From the NCBI GenBank assembly GCA_963933215.1, contig CAWVSB010000001.1:626-64625 (forward strand): a DNA stretch of 64,000 nt. The letters are read 5' to 3'. The number at the start of each line of letters is the position of its first letter. Position 1 is the first letter of the stretch. Made by a program: the position numbers and the translations under genes. This document shows positions 9,441 to 18,818 of this stretch, piece by piece. Origin of the DNA: an uncultured Cellvibrionales bacterium. Its GTDB lineage: Bacteria; Pseudomonadota; Gammaproteobacteria; Pseudomonadales; CAWVSB01. The notes under the pieces are model-generated. The model did not search any database. It saw only the letters and a list, made by a program, of their open reading frames with translations, and was not told the DNA's origin.

Positions 9441-10780
9441 ATAAATACCACTAAAACCAATGTGGGAGTGATGAAACGGATAACAAACTTCCACAGTTTA
9501 TATGTCGTTTCGCTAAACTGTAGTTCGTCTTTTGAGTATTCTGCTTTCATAAACCAGCCGCAAAATATCGCAATACCAAGGCCGCCAAGTGGCAGCATAA
9601 TATTAGTGGTTATGTGGTCGAAAAAGTCGAAAAAGGTTAGGTTAAGTAGCCACCATGGCTTAAATTCGGCAAGGTCACTGAATGAATAGATACACAAAAT
9701 ACCGATTGCCCAAGCGGCAAAGCCCACTAACCATGCGCTAGCTTTACGGTTCAATTTCTGGGTGTCGATAACGCGCTCTACTGATGGCTCCAGTACTGAG
9801 ATAGCAGATGACCATGCCGCAAACAGTAATAAGAAGAAAAATAGGATAGCTAACGCGTAGCCACCAAAAATGTTACTAAAGGCGATTGGAAGGGTGACGA
9901 AAATAAGTCCCGGACCAGCAGCAGCCTCTAAGTTATTGCTGAATACGATTGAGAAGATTGCAATGCCCGCGCCGAGCGCGACGAAGGTGTCGACAAGAGC
10001 GACTTTAATAGCAGCATTGCCGATTGAAATGTCTTTAGGTAAATGAGACCCATAAGCCAGCATAATGGCTAAACCTAAACTGAGTGAAAAGAAGGCTTGT
10101 CCAAGAGCGTTGAGAACAGAGTCAGTACTTAGTTTTGATAAGTCTGGTGCAAACAAAAATTTGAATGCATCGCCAAAACCCGTGGTAGTAGTGGCATAAA
10201 GAATTAGCCCAACCAAAATGATAAATAACGCGGGCATTAATATCGTTACGGTTTTTTCAATGCCTTTACTAACCCCCTTGGCAACCACCACTACAACCAT
10301 AAAACTAAAAATAGAATGCCAAAAAAGCATTGTTATCGGGTCAGATAATAAATTATTAAAATGTGCCTCACTGCTGACAGCGGTAATATCATCAAAGCCT
10401 TCAGTGATTGCAAAGTGCAAATAAGACAATGACCAGCCACCAATCACGTTATAAAAGGCCAGTACTAAAAACGAGGCCAAAACACCTATTGCACCAGCAA
10501 ACCCCCAATAAGGGCTTTTGCCACTTTCTTCGGCGCAGGCTTTAATGCTTAAGCTCGGGCTTTTGCCGCCACGACGGCCGAGGCTAATTTCTGATACCAG
10601 TAATGGTAGGCCAATTAACGCAACACAAATAACGTAGACCAATACAAACGCACCGCCGCCGCCTTGGCCTGCTTCATAGGGGAATTTCCACATATTGCCG
10701 AGGCCAACCGCGGAGCCAGATGCGGCCAAAATGAAACCTAGCTTAGAAGACCATAAGTTATTATTTGATGGATCTGACAC
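9422..10780 (-). CDS. Sodium-dependent transporter, neurotransmitter:sodium symporter (NSS/SNF) family
   Basis: 452 aa. The N-terminal hallmark is W.SKLGFILAASGSAVGLGNMWKFPY, and there are about 11-12 hydrophobic helices. Confidence 0.9.
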   Translation of the reverse strand: MSDPSNNNLWSSKLGFILAASGSAVGLGNMWKFPYEAGQGGGGAFVLVYVICVALIGLPLLVSEISLGRRGGKSPSLSIKACAEESGKSPYWGFAGAIGVLASFLVLAFYNVIGGWSLSYLHFAITEGFDDITAVSSEAHFNNLLSDPITMLFWHSIFSFMVVVVVAKGVSKGIEKTVTILMPALFIILVGLILYATTTTGFGDAFKFLFAPDLSKLSTDSVLNALGQAFFSLSLGLAIMLAYGSHLPKDISIGNAAIKVALVDTFVALGAGIAIFSIVFSNNLEAAAGPGLIFVTLPIAFSNIFGGYALAILFFFLLLFAAWSSAISVLEPSVERVIDTQKLNRKASAWLVGFAAWAIGILCIYSFSDLAEFKPWWLLNLTFFDFFDHITTNIMLPLGGLGIAIFCGWFMKAEYSKDELQFSETTYKLWKFVIRFITPTLVLVVFIYNLFF

Positions 10781-10892
10781 GTTGTACTCACTATGATTAT
10801 TTTTATTTAGTTTATAGCATAAATTGCATTAGTGTAGCTAAGGCGGGGGGTGAAACTTTGAAAACAAAGTTGGCGCTATGGAGCCCTAATGT

Positions 10893-11951
10893 CTATTGGA
10901 CTATTTGGCGAAAAAAAGACGGTGGTTTGCCGGTCCAGCTTTTGAATGCGCGGCGAAAATTTGAGGTGTCACTAAAACCTAATTCTGCTGCAATATCACA
11001 TATCGTCATTTCTTGATTTTTAATATAAGTGAGGGCTTTACAGCGTCGAACGTCATTAAGTACCTTTTGAAAGGTGGTTCCGCCATGGGCTAGTTTTTTG
11101 CCCAATGTGCGGGGAGCAATATTAAGTAACGTAGCGATGTCATTAATGGTGGATGACATATTGTTAGTTGTCATTATCGCGTCGGCTACTCGGCTAGAAA
11201 TGGATTCTAGCTGTTGCAGTTTTTCCAGCTCTTCACTGCAGGCTTTAATTAATAACTTCTTGGAGTGTTTATTACTGCTGCGCAGTTTTATGCTGTTATA
11301 GCTATTGACATAAGCTACTTCGTTACAGTCTGCGTTGAATTCAATTTTCTTAACTAGAATATCGTTGTAAAAAGTAGAGTGCTTTGGCTTAGGGTAGGTC
11401 ACTTTTATGGTGGCAAAATGAAAATCAGTGCCGAGCATGAATTGGCTATGAGATAGCCATGATGTTATCCACGATTCAATCAAAAACCGTTGTGTTTTAT
11501 GGTCTACCGGAAATCGGTTGATCAAATGGATGTGATTTAAGTCATTGCTTAGCTTTGATTCAAAATCGAAGACAACGCCACTAAGGCGAATATATTTTTG
11601 GGCATAAAAAGCGGCTTCGCCAAAGGTGCTACAGCAAAGCACCAGTGAGGCCATTTGGCCAGTGGCGGTGACATCAATCAAACGGCCATGCAGCTCGCCC
11701 AAGCCCGGTGACTTGGTGGCTTGCATAGTTTGTTCAATTAGCGCTATATATTGTCTGGCAGAAATGCGCGCAGTGCTGCTAGCGATAGTGTGCTTACTAA
11801 TGCCTGCTAGGGTCAGTAGCTTATTTCTGTTACCGCCAAACTCTTCTGCTAGGTCTAATAGTATTGACGGATGTACAGTACGGATGCTCAGATCATCCAA
11901 ATTATAATATTGCCGGTTTACTAACAACTTGCAAACTCCTTCAGTCAGCAT
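10893..11951 (-). CDS. AraC-family transcriptional regulator with N-terminal AraC-type ligand-binding domain
   Basis: 352 aa with a C-terminal double HTH (IATLLNIAPRTLGKKL...ICDIAAELGFSDTSNFRRAFKSWTGKPPSFFR). It lies upstream of the NSS transporter in the same orientation. Confidence 0.88.
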   Translation of the reverse strand: MLTEGVCKLLVNRQYYNLDDLSIRTVHPSILLDLAEEFGGNRNKLLTLAGISKHTIASSTARISARQYIALIEQTMQATKSPGLGELHGRLIDVTATGQMASLVLCCSTFGEAAFYAQKYIRLSGVVFDFESKLSNDLNHIHLINRFPVDHKTQRFLIESWITSWLSHSQFMLGTDFHFATIKVTYPKPKHSTFYNDILVKKIEFNADCNEVAYVNSYNSIKLRSSNKHSKKLLIKACSEELEKLQQLESISSRVADAIMTTNNMSSTINDIATLLNIAPRTLGKKLAHGGTTFQKVLNDVRRCKALTYIKNQEMTICDIAAELGFSDTSNFRRAFKSWTGKPPSFFRQIVQ

Positions 11952-12267
11952 AATTTTTATTATTTATAAGACTAATTTATAGAAGGCTGTGGTGTTATTG
12001 TCTAATTATAGACTATTTCTCTGATTTAGGAATGACAAGTGGGTCACATAATTGCGCAGCCCCATTTATATCTAGCTATGCCGGTGTTGTACTTGCGACA
12101 AAAGAAGGGGTCTTTACTTACCCAGAAAATGTAGGTAGCTGACAAATGTGACCTCTTGTGACCAATAGAAAGTTGTTATTATAAATAATATAATAATAAC
12201 GATGATTTCTAGAATTAGCGGGTAGGTAGCTTGACCAGCTGATGAAATATAATTGGGGTATCTCTGA

Positions 12268-13413
12268 TTGTCTGCGCGCGCTAAATTAATTGCTGTTGTC
12301 TTGTTGCTGGGTGTTGCCGGCCTAATTTACGGGTTTGTAAACACTGGCGACGAGCTAGATTTTGCGGTTGATTCGAACCAGGCAATAGCCGCTGAGTTAC
12401 TAGCTGTAAACTCGTCGTTACGATCAGTGAAATCTACTAAGACGGTTGCCGTGGTTAGTCCGCAAGAGATCAATGTTTACCAAGATGAGCAGATCAAAGC
12501 GCAAATTATGCAAGTTGCTGAGGCCTATGCAGAAACGGCTAAATACCCACACTTTTCGCAGCCAATTACTAATCCAGACCAGGTAGCGATGCCGCAACCA
12601 TTTCAGTTCACTGAAGTTGACACTCCGTTCCCTGTTGATAGCCAAGAGCAACCGTTACGTCTGTCTTTGGCGACTAATAAAAGCCAGTACTTTTTAGGTG
12701 ACATTATTGTCGCGCGTTTAATCGTACGCAATGCCCCAGACAATGCTGGCGTTGAGGTCAGTGCGATATTAGCCTCTTTGATTGTGGGTGATACTGACGT
12801 TGAGGTTCAATTTGATTTAGTTGAAGATTCGGCTAATGAGTATCGGGCGAATATTGATCTTAGTGCTGTGTCTGCTGAAGAACTTGGTGCAGAGCTGTTA
12901 TTAAAGGTTAGCGTCGATATTGACGACGAGGCCTTAGCTACCACTGTTGGTATCCGCTATGACTCGGCGGCTGCTAGATTAACAAATATCTCTTATGTGC
13001 GAGTGCAAGGCGAATATTTGGATATTCAACTGCAATATTCAGTGCAAACAGAGGGCTACTTTTTCACTAATGCAGTGTTACAGGATGCTGTTAGTGGCAA
13101 GCCCTTGCTGCGCCTGCAAGCTGAGGGTGCGATGACAGGTAACAATAATTTCAAGACTATGCGCGCGCATATTCAAGCATTAAAAGCGGCTGGCTCTGAA
13201 GGCCCCTACTTGTTGACCAATATTACTGGCTATCGCGGGGCCGAAAGAGGGGAGAGCTTGGATACACCTATATCTAGCGCTCAGCAAAGCTATCAGATTC
13301 AAGGTTATCGATTTGATCTTTACGATGATGTGGAATTTGAAGATGAATTAGCAGAAGAAAGAATCGAATTTTTAACTAAATTAGGTGCGGTAGATAGCGC
13401 AGAGATTAATTAA
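12268..13413 (+). CDS. Hypothetical membrane-anchored (signal-anchor) periplasmic protein
   Basis: 381-aa ORF with a TTG start as given by the track. It has one N-terminal hydrophobic helix (LIAVVLLLGVAGLIYGF), a beta-rich body and an acidic C-terminus. I recognised no family motif. The start codon is uncertain. Confidence 0.55.
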   Translation: MSARAKLIAVVLLLGVAGLIYGFVNTGDELDFAVDSNQAIAAELLAVNSSLRSVKSTKTVAVVSPQEINVYQDEQIKAQIMQVAEAYAETAKYPHFSQPITNPDQVAMPQPFQFTEVDTPFPVDSQEQPLRLSLATNKSQYFLGDIIVARLIVRNAPDNAGVEVSAILASLIVGDTDVEVQFDLVEDSANEYRANIDLSAVSAEELGAELLLKVSVDIDDEALATTVGIRYDSAAARLTNISYVRVQGEYLDIQLQYSVQTEGYFFTNAVLQDAVSGKPLLRLQAEGAMTGNNNFKTMRAHIQALKAAGSEGPYLLTNITGYRGAERGESLDTPISSAQQSYQIQGYRFDLYDDVEFEDELAEERIEFLTKLGAVDSAEIN

Positions 13414-13422
13414 GCAACAACT

Positions 13423-13478
13423 CAATAAAGCAATAAAGCAATAAAGCAATAAAGCAATAAAGCAATAAAGCAATAAAT
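13423..13478. repeat. Octanucleotide tandem repeat (CAATAAAG)x6 plus one variant unit CAATAAAT
   Basis: The repeat was read directly: six perfect 8-bp units at 13423-13470 and a seventh unit with one mismatch at 13471-13478. It starts 10 bp after the upstream stop codon and ends 28 bp before the next ATG. Confidence 0.97.
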
Positions 13479-13506
13479 CATAATAAAATAAAAAAAAGAG
13501 GCGAAT

Positions 13507-14544
13507 ATGAAAAACAAAATATTAATTTTTCTTTCCTTACTTATAGTTAGTGTTGGTGTACAAGCCAAACTAGCCGGTAAAAACGTAGTGTTAGTTCATG
13601 GGTTTAACCCTATCGATTTACTTGAGCGGCCAGCAGACAATTTGTTACAAGGTAGAGCAGATGACTACTGGAGTGAATACTGGCTAAGTAAAGCAGAGGC
13701 GAACTTGTATTGGGCTTCTACTGACCGTATAACGGGCGGTATTAAAGACGATATCCAAAGTCAGTTTCAAGAGCTGGCAGCCAATGGTACCTGCCAAGCT
13801 GGCTGTGTTTTTATTACCCATTCTACCGGTGACTTGGTTGCGCGCTATGCGCTGTCTAAATTAGGGCAGTGGGGAATCAGCTCTAATGATTTTAAAGTAC
13901 TAGCGGTTCTAGACTTTGCTGGTGCTGGCGGTGGTACTGAGCTCGCCGACCTTGCTGTTTCAGTGACATCTGGCTTTGGCCTGGTTAACTCAATGCAGCG
14001 GGCAGCCATCAATAGCTTTTTAGGCTTTGATGCGGATGCCGGTTTACTTGGCGTATTATACGATTTGCGTCCAGCAACTGCGCGCTCCACTGCAACCGCC
14101 AATAACAGTATTCCGCGCTTACGTTTTGTAGGGGCAGGCTCGCAATATTTGGGTATAACTAAGCCATTTATTTTGGGTTCAGATGATGCGGTGGTGCCAA
14201 TGCATAGTGCTTGCGGCGCTAGCTCTAAGTCGTCTTATGATTCTTGCAGTCGCTCGATTAAAAATAATGGTGTGATTAGTTATGTTTCAAAAGCACCAAG
14301 ATCATTAATGTATAACCACTACGCTGTATTAATGGGTGAAGGCACTAACCATAGTGATGCTATTACCAATAACAGAAGTGGTAACTTTGCCACTGTGAGT
14401 AATAATACGACTAAAGGCGTTAATGTAGATTTTGCAACGACAACTAGCCGTAAATGGTGGAGTTGGGGTAAAAAAGTACGTTGGGTTAAAAATGGCGATC
14501 GTAAAAGTATGTCGGCTAATGTTTTTGATACATTGAATAACTAA
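13507..14544 (+). CDS. Secreted alpha/beta-hydrolase, lipase/esterase-like
   Basis: 345 aa with AGAGG 5 nt upstream of the ATG. It has a signal peptide (ILIFLSLLIVSVGVQA), a VVLVHGF oxyanion-type strand and a nucleophile elbow, ITHSTGD (x-H-S-x-G). Substrate is unknown. Confidence 0.7.
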   Translation: MKNKILIFLSLLIVSVGVQAKLAGKNVVLVHGFNPIDLLERPADNLLQGRADDYWSEYWLSKAEANLYWASTDRITGGIKDDIQSQFQELAANGTCQAGCVFITHSTGDLVARYALSKLGQWGISSNDFKVLAVLDFAGAGGGTELADLAVSVTSGFGLVNSMQRAAINSFLGFDADAGLLGVLYDLRPATARSTATANNSIPRLRFVGAGSQYLGITKPFILGSDDAVVPMHSACGASSKSSYDSCSRSIKNNGVISYVSKAPRSLMYNHYAVLMGEGTNHSDAITNNRSGNFATVSNNTTKGVNVDFATTTSRKWWSWGKKVRWVKNGDRKSMSANVFDTLNN

Positions 14545-14567
14545 AAAACACACAGTCATCGTTTTTA

Positions 14568-14592
14568 GGGGAGCATATATGCTCCCCTTTTT
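14568..14592 (+). terminator. Rho-independent terminator after the lipase-like gene
   Basis: GGGGAGCATATATGCTCCCC is a perfect 8-bp GC-rich stem with a 4-nt loop, followed by TTTTT. It lies 24 nt after the stop codon. Confidence 0.85.
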
Positions 14593-14600
14593 ATTGGTAC

Positions 14601-15290
14601 TTAAGTTAACTGCTGATTAGCGAGCGCTATCAGCAGCTCTGCATGCTGTATTGAGTAGTTATAAATGCTGCAAATATAGGTAACAGCGCCACGCTCTAAT
14701 AAAGCGAATATCAACCAGCCGATAAAAAATAAATTGGCGCCAGGTAAAAAACACCAGCAAAATGACAGCCCCACTTTGATCAGGTCTGGTTGCTTAGCAT
14801 TAGTTTCAGTCAGTGTTGAGATCACATGAAAGCTCACCACAAAACCCAGCATCAAGATAAATAAGTCGCGCTGTAACAGCGGCAAGTAAAAATCCAGCAC
14901 CAGCAGTAACGCTACAAAGGTAGGGAAAAAATACGGGGCAATAGTAATTAGCCAATTGCCGGGGCCACCTACATATTGAACATGGCCGCCTTTTTCGTAA
15001 GAAGTATGAAAGTTGGTAACTTTGTGCAGCGTTATTAAGGCGAATATGGTGTGGGTTAGCTCGTGCTCAAGGGTAGGCAGCCATGAGCCCCAAAGCCGGC
15101 GGGTAAATAACAGTTTCCACAGAACAAAATAAGCAGCTATTCCGACAGTAAGTGGGATGAGTACTTTGCTAGAGAGCTTGGCTATCTCGTCGCCTATGGC
15201 TAGGGTAATAGCTGGCAGTAAAAATAATGTCAGCAGTGCAATCGGCCATTTTAATAGATTGATTAGGTTATCAACTAGTCGCGTGAGCAT
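14601..15290 (-). CDS. Polytopic membrane protein with HExxH motif (putative intramembrane zinc metalloprotease-like)
   Basis: 229 aa with about 6 hydrophobic helices. A single HELTH motif sits at the end of a helix (LPTLEHELTHTIF). Family assignment is uncertain. Confidence 0.55.
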   Translation of the reverse strand: MLTRLVDNLINLLKWPIALLTLFLLPAITLAIGDEIAKLSSKVLIPLTVGIAAYFVLWKLLFTRRLWGSWLPTLEHELTHTIFALITLHKVTNFHTSYEKGGHVQYVGGPGNWLITIAPYFFPTFVALLLVLDFYLPLLQRDLFILMLGFVVSFHVISTLTETNAKQPDLIKVGLSFCWCFLPGANLFFIGWLIFALLERGAVTYICSIYNYSIQHAELLIALANQQLT

Positions 15291-15464
15291 GATTGTCTCA
15301 ATAAAGTTATTTTGATAAATGATAAGTTAATGAAAGATTAGCGTATTTTGATAGCTTCAAACACTGGTAACAAATAATTTTGTGGAAACATCTGAGTGTT
15401 GGGTGGCTGCGTATAAATGAACCTAATGCCAGAGTGAATGCTGGCGCCTGCTAATTTTGAGTGA

Positions 15465-16292
15465 TTGTTAATGTTGTTTGATGATGTTGTAACTTCCCCC
15501 AGTCCTAGTAGTCCGCCCAGTAAATTTCTGATGCTGGGGGAGTCTCGAGTTTTTTTGGATGTGGCTGGAATGGCGAAAACCTTAATGGCAGGGGCGTTTA
15601 AATCGGCTAAACCCAGTAATGGGAGAACGATAGTTATGTTGCCCGGTTTTGGTTCAGATGACAGATATATGGAGCCATTGGCAAAGTTTTTACGTAAAAA
15701 TGGCTACGCAGCCGAAGGTTGGGGTTTAGGCTTGAATATGGCAGGTGCTGACTTGGAGCATACGTTAGACGACTTGTCCCCAGCTTGGAATGTAGAGCCC
15801 ATGCCAGGCTATGACCCAGCAACTTACAAGGGTGAAGGCGGGGTGCCGTATTTATGCGACCTAGCCATAGCCAGCATTAAAGCTAGGGCGCAACAACTTG
15901 GCACCAAGGTCACTTTGGTGGGGTGGAGCTTGGGCGGTTATATCGCCCGCGAAGTCGCTAGGGATTTGCCAGACTTTGTCGACCAGGTGGTCACTATGGG
16001 TAGCCCAGTCATCGGTGGGCCAAAGTACACCGCCGCAGTCATGTTTTTTGACCGCAAGGGCCATGATTTAGATTGGGTTGAGCGCGAGGCTGGTAAAAGA
16101 GATTTACGGCCAATTCAGCAGCCAATCACCGCAATTTACAGTAAGTCAGATGGGATAGTTGATTGGCGCGCAGCCATCGACAAATTCAGTCCCAATGTTG
16201 ACCATATAAAAGTCAGTGCGCCCCATTTGGGAATGGGTTTTAACTCACAGATATGGAATTTGGTGTTGTCAGCGGTTAATGAGCGTAACTAG
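15465..16292 (+). CDS. Alpha/beta hydrolase (esterase/lipase-like), no signal peptide
   Basis: 275-aa track ORF starting at TTG 15465; the first ATG is at 15471. It has a G-x-S-x-G nucleophile elbow (VGWSLGGYIAREVA) and an upstream MLPGFGSDD oxyanion-type strand. Confidence 0.75.
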   Translation: MLMLFDDVVTSPSPSSPPSKFLMLGESRVFLDVAGMAKTLMAGAFKSAKPSNGRTIVMLPGFGSDDRYMEPLAKFLRKNGYAAEGWGLGLNMAGADLEHTLDDLSPAWNVEPMPGYDPATYKGEGGVPYLCDLAIASIKARAQQLGTKVTLVGWSLGGYIAREVARDLPDFVDQVVTMGSPVIGGPKYTAAVMFFDRKGHDLDWVEREAGKRDLRPIQQPITAIYSKSDGIVDWRAAIDKFSPNVDHIKVSAPHLGMGFNSQIWNLVLSAVNERN

Positions 16293-16472
16293 AACGCTAT
16301 CTAACCTTGTTGCTAATATAAAGCATCGGGTTTTGCTCCCGCTTAGTGTATAATCGCGCGCCTGTAAAGAAGGGACTGGTATTTGCCCGCGCATTACTGC
16401 CATATTTGAGCTGTTTGCGCAGTATTCTTCTCGTCTGTTTTGTTAGCTAACCTATTGAAAGTAATCAAAAAA

Positions 16473-18287
16473 ATGACTGATCATATCCGCAATATTGCAA
16501 TTATTGCCCACGTTGACCATGGTAAAACCACTCTTGTAGATAAGCTGCTTAGCCAGTCTGGCACCTTAGAGCGCCGCGACGAAGGCGTTGAGCGCGTGAT
16601 GGATTCTAACGACCAAGAGCGTGAGCGCGGTATTACCATTTTGGCCAAAAACACCGCGGTAAAATGGGGCGATTATCACATTAATATTGTAGATACCCCG
16701 GGACACGCCGACTTTGGCGGTGAAGTAGAGCGCGTATTGTCGATGGTTGACTGCGTATTGCTATTGGTAGATGCGGTTGATGGCCCAATGCCTCAGACCC
16801 GGTTTGTTACCCAAAAAGCGTTTGATAAAGGTTTGAACCCAATTGTTGTTATCAATAAGGTTGACCGTCCTGGCGCACGTCCTGATTGGGTAATGGATCA
16901 AGTCTTCGACTTGTTTGACCGCTTAGGCGCAACTGACGAGCAGCTAGACTTCCCCGTTATGTTTGCCTCTGCATTAAACGGCATTGCTGGTTTAGATTAC
17001 GAAGACATGGCCGAAGATATGACGCCATTGTTAGAGATGATTGTTGAGCGGGTTAAGCCACCTGAAGTAAATCTTGAAGGCGGGCTGCAAATGCAAATTA
17101 GTGCATTAGACTACGACAGCTATGTTGGTGTAATCGGGGTTGGTCGTATTACTCGTGGCACCTTAAAGCCTAATCAGCAGGTTGTGGTTAAGTCTGCCGA
17201 CGGCGCTGAGCGCAAAGGTAAAGTATTAAACGTAAAAGGCTATATGGGTCTTGAGCGTGTAGACACTAATGAAGCCTCGGCTGGTGATATCGTCTGTATT
17301 AATGGTATTGAAGGTTTGAGCATTTCAGACACCTTATGCGACCCTGAAAATATTGAAGCCCTGCCGCCGTTGTCGGTTGATGAGCCGACAGTGAGCATGA
17401 CCTTTTTGGTTAACAACTCGCCATTTGCTGGTAAAGAAGGTAAATATGTTACTTCACGAAACTTGAAAGAGCGTTTGGACCAAGAACTTATTCACAACGT
17501 TGCATTACGGGTTGAGCAAGGCGAGACTCCAGACAAATTTAAAGTATCGGGTCGTGGTGAGTTACATCTTTCTGTGCTGATTGAAAATATGCGCCGTGAA
17601 GGTTACGAAATCGGTGTTTCTCGCCCTGAAGTAGTTCAGAAGGAAGTTGACGGAAAAATTCACGAGCCCTATGAAAATGTGGTTATCGACGTTGAATCTG
17701 AGCATCAGGGTTCTATTATGGAAGAGATTGGTTTGCGTAAAGGCGAGCTAATCAATATGGAACCAGATGGAAAGGGCCGTATTAAATTAGAGTTTATTGT
17801 ACCCGCTCGAGGCCTGATCGGCTTCCGTGGATTGTTTTTAACCTTAACCTCTGGCTCAGGCATTATGACCAGCGTTTTTGATCACTACGGTGAAGTGAAA
17901 GAAGGCGAAGTTGGTAAGCGTCAAAGCGGCGTATTAGTCAGTATGGTTAATGGTAAAACGGCGGCTTTTGCGTTGTTTAACCTACAAAGCCGTGGCCGTT
18001 TGTTCTTAGGGCATGCGGTAGAAGTTTATGAAGGCCAAATTGTTGGTATTCACTCGCGCGATAACGACTTAACGGTTAACCCAATTAAAGGTAAGCAGTT
18101 AACTAACGTGCGTGCATCTGGTACTGACGAAGCCTTAACGCTGTCGCCACCAATTACGCATACTCTTGAGCAAGCGCTTGAGTTTATCGAAGACGATGAG
18201 TTAGTAGAAGTAACGCCAGTATCTATTCGGTTACGTAAAAAATTATTGAAAGAAAGCGATCGTCGTCGTTTTGAACGCGGTGCATAA
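16473..18287 (+). CDS. typA: Translational GTPase TypA/BipA
   Basis: 604 aa counted from ATG 16473 ([41 protein letters not shown]). The track start at 16440 is a TTG extension of 11 codons. Confidence 0.95.
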   Translation: MTDHIRNIAIIAHVDHGKTTLVDKLLSQSGTLERRDEGVERVMDSNDQERERGITILAKNTAVKWGDYHINIVDTPGHADFGGEVERVLSMVDCVLLLVDAVDGPMPQTRFVTQKAFDKGLNPIVVINKVDRPGARPDWVMDQVFDLFDRLGATDEQLDFPVMFASALNGIAGLDYEDMAEDMTPLLEMIVERVKPPEVNLEGGLQMQISALDYDSYVGVIGVGRITRGTLKPNQQVVVKSADGAERKGKVLNVKGYMGLERVDTNEASAGDIVCINGIEGLSISDTLCDPENIEALPPLSVDEPTVSMTFLVNNSPFAGKEGKYVTSRNLKERLDQELIHNVALRVEQGETPDKFKVSGRGELHLSVLIENMRREGYEIGVSRPEVVQKEVDGKIHEPYENVVIDVESEHQGSIMEEIGLRKGELINMEPDGKGRIKLEFIVPARGLIGFRGLFLTLTSGSGIMTSVFDHYGEVKEGEVGKRQSGVLVSMVNGKTAAFALFNLQSRGRLFLGHAVEVYEGQIVGIHSRDNDLTVNPIKGKQLTNVRASGTDEALTLSPPITHTLEQALEFIEDDELVEVTPVSIRLRKKLLKESDRRRFERGA

Positions 18288-18290
18288 AAC

Positions 18291-18728
18291 TTGCGAGCAC
18301 TCATTCAGCGGGTTAGTGAAGCACAGGTAACTGTTGACGGTAACGCGGCAGGAGCAATTGGCCAAGGTCTATTAGTGCTGTTGGGTGTTCAAAAAGGCGA
18401 TGATGTCGCCTTAGCTGATAAGCTTATGGATAAGTTGTTGGCTTATCGTATATTTAATGATGATGCAGGAAAAATGAACCTCAGTGTTAATGACCTTAAT
18501 GCTGGGGTTTTATTGGTTTCACAATTTACTTTAGCAGCTGATACCAAAAAAGGATTACGGCCGGGGTTTTCAACTGCAGCGGCGCCCGCTGATGCAGAAG
18601 TACTTTATGATTATATTAAAGAGGCGCTAGCGCCCAGATGTAAAACCTTCGGTTCAGGTGTTTTTGGGGCCGATATGAAAGTGGCACTGGTGAATGATGG
18701 GCCAGTAACGTTTTTGTTAGAAGTCTGA
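18291..18728 (+). CDS. dtd: D-aminoacyl-tRNA deacylase
   Basis: 145 aa with a TTG start 3 nt after the typA stop. It has (M)RALIQRV at the N-terminus, SQFTL and the C-terminal NDGPVTF motif. Confidence 0.9.
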   Translation: MRALIQRVSEAQVTVDGNAAGAIGQGLLVLLGVQKGDDVALADKLMDKLLAYRIFNDDAGKMNLSVNDLNAGVLLVSQFTLAADTKKGLRPGFSTAAAPADAEVLYDYIKEALAPRCKTFGSGVFGADMKVALVNDGPVTFLLEV

Positions 18729-18818
18729 GTGTATCAAGCAAATTTGTATAAGCCATTTGTCCAAATAATTCGTCGTTATGGTTATGCTCTGTCAGGGTAG
18801 GTTTTTTTACCAGAGGGC

